From assembly GCF_963506605.1 (NCBI RefSeq), contig NC_083277.1, positions 75,888,001 to 75,952,000 on the forward strand: a DNA stretch of 64,000 nt, given 5' to 3'. The notes beneath the pieces are model-generated. The model searched no databases. It was not told where the DNA came from and saw only the letters and a program-made list of their open reading frames with translations. Position numbers and translations under genes: made by a program. This DNA comes from Zootoca vivipara (Eukaryota). The number at the start of each line of letters is the position of its first letter. Within the stretch, counting starts at the first letter, position 1. Shown one piece after another: positions 25,473-36,013 of the stretch.

Positions 25473-28400
25473 TCAAACATTAAAAGCTTCCCTAAACAGG
25501 GCTGCCTTGAGATGCCTTCTAAAGGTCTGGTAATTGTTGTTCTCTTTGACCTCTAGTGGGAGGGCATTCCACAGGGTGGGTGCCACTACCGAGAAGGCCC
25601 TCTGCCTGGTTCCCTGTAACTTGGCTTCTCGTAGTGAGGGAACCGCCAGAAGGCCCTCGGAGCTGGACCTCAGTGTCCGGGCAGAACGATGGGGGTGGAG
25701 ACGCTCCTTCAGGTATACCGGACCGAGGCCGTTTAGGGCTTTAAAGGTCAACACCAACACTTTGAATTGTGCTCGGAAACGTACTGGGAGCCAATGTAGG
25801 TCTTTCAGGACCGGTGTTATGTGGTCTCGGCGGCCGCTCCCAGTCACCAGTCTAGCTGCCGCATTCTGGATTAGTTGTAGTTTCCGGGTCACCTTCAAAG
25901 GTAGCCCCACGTAGAGCGCATTGCAGTAGTCCAAGCGAGAGATAACTAGAGCATGCACCACTCTGGAGAGACAGTCAGTGGGCAGGTAGGGACTCAGCCT
26001 GCGTACCAGATGGAGCTGATAAACAGCTGTCTTGGACACAGAGTTGACCTGTGCCTCCATGGACAGCTGTGAGTCTAAGATGACTCCCAGGCTGCGCACC
26101 TGGTCTTTCAGGGGCACAGTTACCCCATTCAGGACCAGGGAGTCCTCCACACCCGCCCGCCTCCTGTCCCCCACAAACAGTACTTCTGTCTTGTCAGGAT
26201 TCAATCTCAATCTGTTAGCCGCCATCCATCCTCCAACCGCCTCCAAGCACTCACACAGGACCTTCACTGCCTTCACTGGTTCTGATTTAAAAGAGAGGTA
26301 GAGCTGGGTATCATCAGCATACTGATGGACACCCAGCCCAAACCCCCTGATGATCTCTCCCAGCGGCTGCATATAGATGTTAAAAAGCATGGGGGAGAGG
26401 ACAGAACCCTGAGGCACCCCACAAGTGAGAGCCCAGGGGTCTGAACACTCATCCCCCACCACCACTTTCTGAACACGGCCCAGGAGGAAGGAGCGGAACC
26501 ACTGCATGACAGTGCCCCCAGCTCCCAAACCCTCTAGACGATCCAGAAGGATGTTATGGTCGATGGTGTCAAAAGCCGCTGAGAGATCCAGCAGAACAAG
26601 GAAACAGCTCTTACCTTTGTCCCTAGCCCGCCGGAGATCATCGACCAGTGCGACCAAGGCAGTTTCAGTCCCATGATGAGGCCTGAATCCTGACTGGAAG
26701 GGATCCAAATGGTCCGCTTCTTCCAGGCGTGCCTGAAGTTGTTCAGCAACCACTCGCTCAACCACCTTGCCCAAGAATGGAAGATTTGAGACTGGGCGAT
26801 AGTTGGCCATATTGGCCGGATCTAAAGATGGTTTTTTAAGAAGCGGTTTAATAACCGCCTCTTTCAGCGGGTCTGGGAAGGCTCCTTCATGGAGAGAGCA
26901 TTTACCAACCCGCGAAGCCCATCGCCCAGCCCTTCCTGGCTAGCTTTTATAAGCCAGGATGGGCAAGGATCAAGGAGACAGGCGGTTGGTTTCACTCGTC
27001 GAAGCAGCCTGTCCACATCCTCGGAGGTAACAGATTGAAATTGATCCCACAAAACTTGACTAGACAGGACTCTAGCACTCCCCTGCCCCGGCCCTGCCCC
27101 CACGGTGGAGTCTACCTCTTTCCGAATCTGAGCGACTTTATCTGCAAAAAACTTTGCAAAATCATTGCAGGAGATCATGTGGCCCGTACTGGGCCCGGAT
27201 GGAGCAGGTGGTTCCGCTAAATTGCGAACCACCTGGAAGAGTCTCCTGCTGCTGTTTTCTGCAGATGCGATGGAGACGGTGAAGAAGGTCCTCTTCGCCG
27301 TCGCCATTGCCACTTGGTAGGCTCGAAGTTGAGCTCTAGCCCGTGTCCGGTCTGATTCAAAATGAGTTTTCCGCCACCGGCGCTCTAGCCGTCTCAACGA
27401 CTGTTTCATCGCCCTCAGCGCCGGGGAAAACCACGGGGCTGTCCGGGCTCCATGCAATCTGAGAGGGCGCTTCGGAGCCAGACAGTCAATAGCGCTGGTT
27501 AACTCCGCATTCCAGCGGGCCACCAGGGAATCAGCTGAAAGGCCATCGACATGGGATAAAACATCCCCTACCACTCTCTGGAAGCCAATTGGATCCATTA
27601 AGTAGCGGGGGCGGACCATCCGAATCGGTCCCACCTCCCTGCAGAGGGGAAGGGTTGCGGAGAAGTCCAGTTGCACCAGAAAGTGATCTGACCATGGCAC
27701 TTCTTTTGTTTCGCTTTTACTTAATGTCAGATCACCAACATCCATAGAGGTGAACACCAAGTCCAAGGCATGTCCGCGGCTATGAGTTGGGCCAGACTTA
27801 TTCAGGGACAGCCCCATGGTGGCCATGCTTTCCACGAAGTCCCGAGCGGCTCCTTGTAAGGTCGTGTCGGCATGGATGTTAAAATCCCCTAAGACAACCA
27901 AGCTAGGTGTCTCCAGGAGCACATCCGACACGACCTGAAGCAGCTCGGGCAGGGAATCCTTGGTGCAGCGGGGAGGTCGGTACACCAAAAGGAATCCTGT
28001 ACTGCCCCTATTGCCCAACTTCCAGAACATGCACTCAGAAAACTCCGTCTTACCAATAGGACGCCTGGTGCAAACTAATGACTTCCTAAAAATCACTGCA
28101 ACCCCCCCTCCCCGCCCAGATGGCCTGGGTTGCTGTGCATAAGAGAAACCTGGTGGACAAGCAGCGCCAAGAACGGGCCCATCGGCTTCATCCAACCAGG
28201 TCTCTGTCACACATGCCAGGTCAAATCTTCCATCCACAATCAGGTCGTGAATGGCAGTGGTCTTATTCATCATCGACCTGGCATTGCACAGCAGCACCTT
28301 CAGGTCATGTGGGTATCCCTTGCTGATTCCAATATCCGTCCGGTCAGGACCAGACCCGGAGGCAGGGATAGTCCTCAGACAACGACTAAGTCTGCCTCCT

Positions 28401-28504
28401 CGGTAATGACATGGTCTGGTCTTAGCGTAACTCCTCCTCCTACCCGTGACCACTGAGATCGGTTGTCCCAGTGCATCACCCCCTGTGGAATCTGCCCCAG
28501 CCAT
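25473..28504 (-). pseudogene. LINE ORF2 (endonuclease + reverse transcriptase), 1010 aa if a single 1-nt deletion near 26897 is restored
   Basis: ORFs 28615-26864 and 26810-25473 join as VNA[S]LHEGAFPDPLKEAVIKPLLKKPSLDPANMANYRPVSNL by adding one base; no other stops. Confidence 0.9.
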
Positions 28505-28984
28505 TTTGCTTGCTGGGACCCCCTCCCGAGCAGCCCTGACCCCTCCCCTTAAAAACAAAATAAAACCTCTGTAAAAACAGCAAAGAACAGAACAAAAGAA
28601 AAACACAAAAAACACAATAAAACAATAAAACCAAAAACAATAAAAATTACAAATACACTAAAATTTAACAGATTCCCACACCCGACTAAAAATCCCTCGC
28701 TAAAACCTATGTAAATCAAAAAATACAGTAAAACAATACAAAGACAGAAAATTACAAACTAAAATTGACCCCTCCCCTTAAAATCAAATTTAAAACCAAT
28801 ACAGAAAACAAACTAATGCAATAAAACAATACAAACAAAGACAGAAAATTACAAACTAAAATTAACCCCTCCCCTTAAAATCGAATTTAAAACCAATACA
28901 GAAAACAAACTAACAGACTAAACGATAAACAAAAACCAAAAACAATAAAAGTTACAAACACATCAGAATTACAAGAAAAGCAGC

Positions 28985-30370
28985 AGCGGCACTGTTTCAG
29001 GCCTCCTAGGAGCCTTAAAGCTGTGGTAGAGTATGGGTCCCGCCCCCGGGCCCAAGGTGGAAGTGGGCCTCAGGGGGAGCAGTCCTTCCAGTACTCACAG
29101 CAGCACTGATGTTCCAGGCCTCCCAGGAGCCTTAAAAGCTGTGGTGGAGTGGGGGACCCGCCCCAAGCCCCAGGTGGAAGTGGGCTTCAGGGGGAGCAGT
29201 CCTCCCAAACACTCCCTGGCAGAGCAGCAGCAGCAGCAATGTTCCAGGCCTCCCAGGAGCCTTAAAAGCTGTGGTGGAGTGGGGGACCCGCCCCAAGCCC
29301 CAGGTGGAAGTGGGCTTCAGGGGGAGCAGTCCTCCCAAACACTCCCTGGCAGAGCAGCAGCAGCAGCAATGTTCCCGGCCTCCCAGGAGCCTTAAAAGCT
29401 GTGGTGGAGTGGGGGACCCGCCCCAAGCCCAAGGTGGAAGTGGGCTTCAGGGGGAGCAGTCCTTCCAGTACTCACAGCAGCACTGATGTTCCAGGCCTCC
29501 CAGGAGCCTTAAAAGCTGTGGTGGAGTGGGGGACCCGCCCCAAGCCCCAGGTGGAAGTGGGATTCAGGGGGAGCAGTCCTCCCAAACACTCCCTGGCAGA
29601 GCAGCAGCAGCAGCAATGTTCCAGGCCTCCCAGGAGCCTTAAAAGCTGTGGTGGAGTGGGGGACCCGCCCCAAGCCCCAGGTGGAAGTGGGCTTCAGGGG
29701 GAGCAGTCCTCCCAAACACTCCCTGGCAGAGCAGCAGCAGCAGCAATGTTCCAGGCCTCCCAGGAGCCTTAAAAGCTGTGGTGGAGTGGGGGACCCGCCC
29801 CAAGCCCCAGGTGGAAGTGGGCTTCAGGGGGAGCAGTCCTCCCAAACACTCCCTGGCAGAGCAGCAGCAGCAGCAATGTTCCCGGCCTCCCAGGAGCCTT
29901 AAAAGCTGTGGTGGAGTGGGGGACCCGCCCCAAGCCCAAGGTGGAAGTGGGCTTCAGGGGGAGCAGTCCTTCCAGTACTCACAGCAGCACTGATGTTCCA
30001 GGCCTCCCAGGAGCCTTAAAAGCTGTGGTGGAGTGGGGGACCCGCCCCAAGCCCCAGGTGGAAGTGGGATTCAGGGGGAGCAGTCCTCCCAAACACTCCC
30101 TGGCAGAGCAGCAGCAGCAGCAATGTTCCAGGCCTCCCAGGAGCCTTAAAAGCTGTGGTGGAGTGGGGGACCCGCCCCAAGCCCCAGGTGGAAGTGGGCT
30201 TCAGGGGGAGCAGTCCTCCCAAACACTCCCTGGCAGAGCAGCAGCAGCAGCAATGTTCCAGGCCTCCCAGGAGCCTTAAAAGCTGTGGTGGAGTGGGGGA
30301 CCCGCCCCAAGCCCCAGGTGGAAGTGGGCTTCAGGGGGAGCAGTCCTCCCAAACACTCCCTGGCAGAGCA
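28985..30370. repeat. Tandem array of 130-bp (A) and 117-bp (B) GC-rich units with 507-bp higher-order period
   Basis: Unit starts near 28997(B, diverged), 29113(A), 29243(A), 29373(B), 29490(A), 29620(A), 29750(A), 29880(B), 29997(A), 30127(A), 30257(A, partial). Confidence 0.95.
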
Positions 30371-30589
30371 TATACTGTATATATACAGTATATTCCATCT
30401 GACTTCCTCTGAATATAGGGCCAGAGTTGTGGCCCTATGTTGAGGGTGAGTCAGTTAAATCACAGCCCACCATTATAAACAAGAAATCGGCCTCAGGTTT
30501 CTGAACTTCCATGGGTGCTGGCTTCAATGAGAACTTCTTTGGTGTTCCCGCACACTTTGGCACTCGTCACAGTGTCCCATTGCGTCAGA

Positions 30590-30733
30590 AGTTTAGTCAT
30601 GCTGGCCACATGACCCAGAAAGCTGTCTGTGGACAAATGCCGGCTCCCTCAGCCTGAAGCAAGATGAGCGCCGCAACCCCATAGTTGCCTTTGACTGGAC
30701 TTTACCGTCCAGGGGTCCTTTACCTTTACCTTT
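30590..30733 (+). mobile_element. Sauria SINE 3' fragment
   Basis: TTAGTCATGCTGGCCACATGACCC...GATGAGCGCCGCAACCCC...CCTTTACCTTTACC. Confidence 0.8.
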
Positions 30734-31624
30734 CTTTAGCCCAGAAATGGAAGACACTACTGGACTTAAATTTCTCATTGCAATACAAGAATATGTGGAC
30801 TCTACCTATTGCAGAGAAAATAATTCATCTTGTGGGATTTAATTCCTTATATGTCAAATTCGGATATACCACTCTTTCCCCCATCAAATTGTGAAATTTG
30901 GCTTTCATGATGTGCTTTTCTTTTTCTACATTATCTGCTCGCTATTTATTTGAAAAATACAACACCTGTACTGCTCCTGTGTTTTGTAACTTTGATTATT
31001 TATTGTTTGTTCGTTCGTATTTTTTATTTTATGTTAATGAAGAATAACAAAAAATGTTATCTTGGGCAGAAAAAGGGTTTGGTGGGTGGAGGAGGGAGTG
31101 CAGTACGTTTTGTGGATTACTGTATAGTTAGAAAAAGGTTTAACAAATTGATTTGAAACTTGGCAGTGTAGGAGAGATATGTTTGAGGATGGTTCATATC
31201 GAATATGGGTTAGATAGAATAAGAAATGGCTTATTTTGAATGAGTTAAATGCTTGCTTGACAAGTGACTCTTGGAAATTAACAAGTAGTGTTCCATTTTT
31301 TCTTCCATTGGCTTTACCGGGTTGATATTTGAAGGAAAATTGCTGTGCTTGTACTGCCTTTTGGGGGAAAATTTGTTGTGTTAGGTCAAGTGGAACACCT
31401 AGTAAGTGACATGACCTATGAACTGTTTAAAATGTTTCATTTTTATGAACGGTATTTTTGTAGGCAGTGTTAGGGAATGTGCCCAACACATGCTCATTGT
31501 GAACCTGTTCTGAAAAGTCTGAGCAAAAGCGACACATAGAGTGTTGTGAAGTGACATTTTGTGGCACTGTAAGGGGCCAGAAAATAAATTGGGAAGAGGG
31601 GGGAGAAGTTTACAGAGGCATAAA

Positions 31625-31800
31625 AGTTTATTTTACTCCATTTATATCCCTGTTTTCTTCTAAGGATCTCAAGGGTAGCATACATGATTTTCTCCCTCCT
31701 TATTTTATCCTCACAACAACCATGTGAGGCAGATTAGACTGAGAGGCGGTGACTGGCTCTTGATCACCCAGTGAGCTTCACAGCTGTGTGACTATTTGAG
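31625..31800 (-). mobile_element. MIR/CORE-like SINE fragment
   Basis: TTTTATCCTCACAACAACCATGTGAGG...GACTGAGAG...GTGACTGGC...TCACCCAGTGAGCTTCA. Confidence 0.6.
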
Positions 31801-32050
31801 AGGGTTGCCGCATGACCCAGTTGGGTGTGTTTAAGTATCTAGCATTTACAGAAGCAAATCACTCTGCTCACAACCGCCATCCAGCTGCAGTGTAGTGGTG
31901 AACACATTCATATTGCCTAAATAAAATGTCTGTTAAGGGTGACACTGCAATTTATTAGCATTTTGGAACTTCAGTAAACATGGAAAGCCCTTAAAAACAT
32001 TATTTTTTGTGTTAATTGATATAATGTGTATGAAGTTCTTTGAACATTCT

Positions 32051-32407
32051 AAAGGCAGGTAAAGGTAAAGGGACCCCTGACAGTTAGGTCCAGTCGCGGA
32101 CGACTCTGGGGTTGCGGCGCTCATCTTGCTTTACTGGCCGAGGGAGCCGGCGTACAGCTTCCGGGTCATGTGACCAGCATGACAAAGTCGCTTCTGGTGA
32201 ACCAGAGCGGCACACAGAAACACCATTTACCTTCCTGCCGGAGTGGTGCCTATTTATCTACTTGCATTTTGACGTGCTTTCGAACTGCTGGGTGGGCAGG
32301 AGCTGGGACCGAACAACGGGAGCTCACCCCACTGCGGGGATTCGAACCGCCAACCTTCTGATCTGCAAGCCCTAGGCTCTGTGGTTTAACCCACAGCACC
32401 ACCTGCC
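32051..32407 (-). mobile_element. Sauria SINE (reverse)
   Basis: Reverse complement of the 18135-18457 element: AGGTAAAGGTAAAGGGACCCC ... GATTCGAACCGCC ... GGTTTAACCCACAGCACC. Confidence 0.88.
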
Positions 32408-33904
32408 AAAGGTGCTAATAATATTGCTGCAGTTAAAGCACATAATTTCTAACCCAGATCAAGGTTGAATAGTTTATGTTGGTGGTTACTTGCAACAACA
32501 TGGTTGGGAGATGAAAAGGATTAATAAATGATGTCAGCCTTTACTGTGGGTTTATAGTATATGTGTTGAATAGACCTTTGTTCTTATAGACCCTTCAGAA
32601 GGAACTATGCATGTGTATGTGCAGGTCACTCTGATGTACAGCTTGTGCTGATCTCATGCACTGATGGTACTGCTTGACAATGAGAGCTTATAGCCATGCA
32701 CATTACGTGTACTTTTTCTGTTAACCCTGCACCCTGGCCAGCCAGATTCTGGTGTTCTCCACTCATACCCCTTTCCTTCTCCCCACCTGCTACTCATTCC
32801 AATATTCCTGAAACCCAGGGTTGGTGACACTAGGTGAAACCCCACACTGGAGCTGCCCAGATCCCTTTGCCTTGTATCCACCTAAGCTGAAAATCTCATA
32901 TTTAGATTGGCCCCACCGAGGGAGGAGGAAACAGAAGGCTTGTGAAGATAAAAGCGCATCAGCGGAGGTGGCAGGAAAAGGCTTATGATGGTTGCATCCT
33001 GAACATGCTGTGAACTGGGATTAGGAACCTGTTCCCAGCAACGGGAGACCTAGAATTTGTGGATACAAATTGTGAGCTGGGGGGCAAGACGAAAGCTGAG
33101 GGGTACCTGGATATATACTCAGTTTTCCTATGAGTATAAAGTACTGAGCTGTGGTGCTTCGTCCTTTAAATAACCTTCTAGCTTAGGCCCTCTTCATGCA
33201 CATGTGCGCATACACATGCACACACAGAGAAAGAGCTACTTCCACACGGTAGAGTCCCATGCTCAAAGGGAGCACATGAGAATGTGGACAGGGCCACTCA
33301 TGTGGGAAAGGTCATTCAGATGTGCATATGAAGCCAGTGGGGGTTTAGATATAGCCTAGCATAGAGGTAGGGGGGTGGGAATACTGAGTAATAATAAAGG
33401 ATTCCTTTTAGCATGTAGGGTGAACGTTCCATCAGCACAGGGATTTCTCTTTGCACAATGGAACAGTCTCCTTCTGTCCTCCCCTCCCCCATGTGCCTCC
33501 TAAATCTGTTCGAGGGGTTCTCCTATTCCTCTGGAGCACCTTTGGGGAGGGTGCAGGGTGAGGAAGGGGGAACAGTCCCATTGTGGAAGCAGAAATTGTT
33601 GCACTGACAGAACTCATTAGTAGAATACCACCCCTAGCATTTAGCAGTTTGCAACCCCCAAATTCCATCAAGGCTTTCTGTTTTAGACCTTGCTCAGGAA
33701 TGAGATGGGAAAGGCTCTTGACTATTTGGGATTACACAAAAATATGTGCTAAAAATAACGAAGAGGGAGGCAGACCAAAAGAGAGGGAGGTACGTGCATT
33801 GTCCTTGAACAAAATGAGTCCACCTGTTTCATAGGGGTTGCTGTTCCCCCAAATGTTTTCCAGGGTCTGTTTTTACCTCCCAAGACAGTCCACACTCTGG
33901 GAAA

Positions 33905-34072
33905 TGTTGTTGTTGTTTAGTCGTTTAGTCGTGTCCGACTCTTCGTGACCCCATGGACCATAGCACACTAGGCACTCCTGTCTTTCACTGCCTCCCGCAG
34001 TTTGGTCAAACTCATGTTCGTAGCTTCGAGAACACTGTCCAACCATCTCGTCCTCTGTCGTCCCCTTCTCCT
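33905..34072 (-). mobile_element. BovB (RTE) LINE 3' end
   Basis: Minus peptide RRRGRQRTRWLDSVLEATNMSLTKLREAVKDR; GGGGTCACGAAGAGTCGGACACGACTAAACGACTAAACAACAAC tail. Confidence 0.85.
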
Positions 34073-35555
34073 ATCGTGAGCTCCATTATGAAAAGGCCTG
34101 TGTTGTGCCCTCCTTGAGGATAATGGAAAGCTATGCAGCGCAACATGAGTGAATAGTTTTGCAGGGTGTGGGTTCACTTGCAGCTGACAAGACATATATT
34201 CACAAGAGGACTGAAGTTCTTTTGTTCTCCTGATGTTTGTATGGAAATGTGCACTGTGTGTCTGAACAACCCACCTTACTCGCCATCCTCATCAGTCAGC
34301 ACTTTGGAATTCACCTTGCGGCCAGTGCTGCTGATAGCTTGCTCCCTGTGGCAAGAATTTGCCTTATAAAAACCTGGAGCTTTGCGGTGAAGCTACCTGA
34401 GTCAGATTGTGACTCACAGCAAAGCTTATGTGGCTCATGCTTGTTACTGATGCAGAATCTCTGCATGCTAACTATAGCGCTGAAATGAAGCACCTCTTCC
34501 TCGGCAGATGGCTGCCAGGGTATGGAGTCAACCTCTGTTCAGCTTCTAGCTGCAAACTGACTGGCCACATACCCATTGCAAAAAAAGAGGAAATAAACAA
34601 AATCCACCATCCAAAAATTAGGACAAAGGAGGACTCTGATTTGCACAAAAATTGCATTTGCTAACTTATTTCTATAGATGCAAGTGTAGAAATAAATTAC
34701 TATAACTTAAATAGAAATACAATACATTTCTCCATTGAGGGGAAGGCAGTGACTCATTTGGCTGCTCAATCAGCTGGCCAGCTGCTAACTGTTGATGGCC
34801 AACTTCATGGCCCCCCCGATCTCCCTTCTTATAGTTCTTTGTCTTCAAACTGAACTTCAGCAAAGGAATTCAATTAGAGGACTGTCATTTGTGCTACTTA
34901 CCAAATTCTCACTTGGACGGTCTTGCACATAGGAGCAGTGGTGCATTGCTTAGACCTAAATGACTGGATATCTGGGTAAGGCCAAGGCTTTACATGACAA
35001 GCAAAGTTTCCTCATGAAACTGGCTTCTGTATTGCAAAGTGCCCTCAAGTATAAAGAGGGGACTTGTGTATCCAGACAGTTTTTGGGATGTGCCAGGGAG
35101 TTCTGTGGCAACTGCTTATCCCTGACTTGTGGCCACAATGTATCCCAGAGTGTTTGGAGATGCTCTCCATCCCATAATACATACTAACCCTGTCCCCCTC
35201 CCCCATGGTAGAACAATGGCTTCTGTTGTTCCCTGGGACACTCAGTAGGCCCTTGGTTGCAATTAGGACCGCATCACATCCTCTCTTTATGGCAAATGCA
35301 TCTTATAAATTATGAATCTTGGCTTACAGGAAGCCTTGGGGCTGTGCACTTCCAGTATCCTCATAATGACACCGAAGAAAGAGATAAAGATAGATTATCA
35401 GGATATATCCAACTCCAAAGGGCGTGCTCTGAGCTTAGTGGGCCTTGAGGCTGGAAGATTTTAGAGAAACCTGAGTGAGTGATCTTGCCTAATGGCTTGG
35501 TGCCGTTCTCTCTCGTTCTTCTTTTTAACTAAATCCAAGCACCAGGAATGGCTAT

Positions 35556-35972
35556 TGTGAGGGACAAGGGATACAGGGAAGTCCCTCCCATCTTAAGTTC
35601 CAGCCCATCCCCAAGCGCTGGAGAGAGTAAGGAGAGCTCTGCCTCCAGCGGAGAGTCAGGAAGTGGTGTCCGAGGCTCAGGCAAGGTTGTGGAGCCCATG
35701 CCTCAGGTGGGGCAGGAAGTTGGGCGCACGGGGGGAAGGCCAATCCCCCCAACTCCCGAATTGCGATGCAAACGTAGGGGGAAGAGGTTGGGTCTCCCAA
35801 AGCTTTTGTGCTGGAAGAAAACGCGCCAATCGCCATTCGGAGGTTCTGACACCTCACCTTAAGCATGTATATAGATCGTTCTGACCACTGTAAATAATCA
35901 GCACTTAATAAAAGCCTAAAAAGACTATGCTGGAGTCGTTACTCTAGAGTAGCCACATCAGGCCCTCTGACA
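35556..35972 (+). repeat. 5' LTR
   Basis: TGTGAGGGAC...CTCTGACA; AATAAA at 35907-35912; differs from the 3' LTR at 2 positions by eye. Confidence 0.95.
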
Positions 35973-36013
35973 GCAACCTCCGAATCTTTTTTTGGCTACT
36001 TTGGAGTGCCGCG

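Larger units (their letters stand above)
25331..30370 (-). mobile_element. L2-clade (CR1/L2 group) LINE, near full-length, with (TTA)n tail and tandem-array 5' end
   Basis: APE endonuclease (LLCNARS, VTETWL, VVLGDFN, LDLVF, SDHFLV) and RT (LLDLSAAFDT, GVPQGSVLSP, YADD) ORF on minus strand; short 3' UTR and (TTA)n tail at 25331-25355; inclusion of the 5' array is inferred. Confidence 0.88.

Noticed and set aside
28985-30370. CRISPR-like array or repeat-protein gene (ORFs with poly-Q)
   Set aside because: Units are contiguous with no unique spacers, DNA is eukaryotic, and 130/117-bp units shift frame and hit stops; the ORFs are repeat artefacts.
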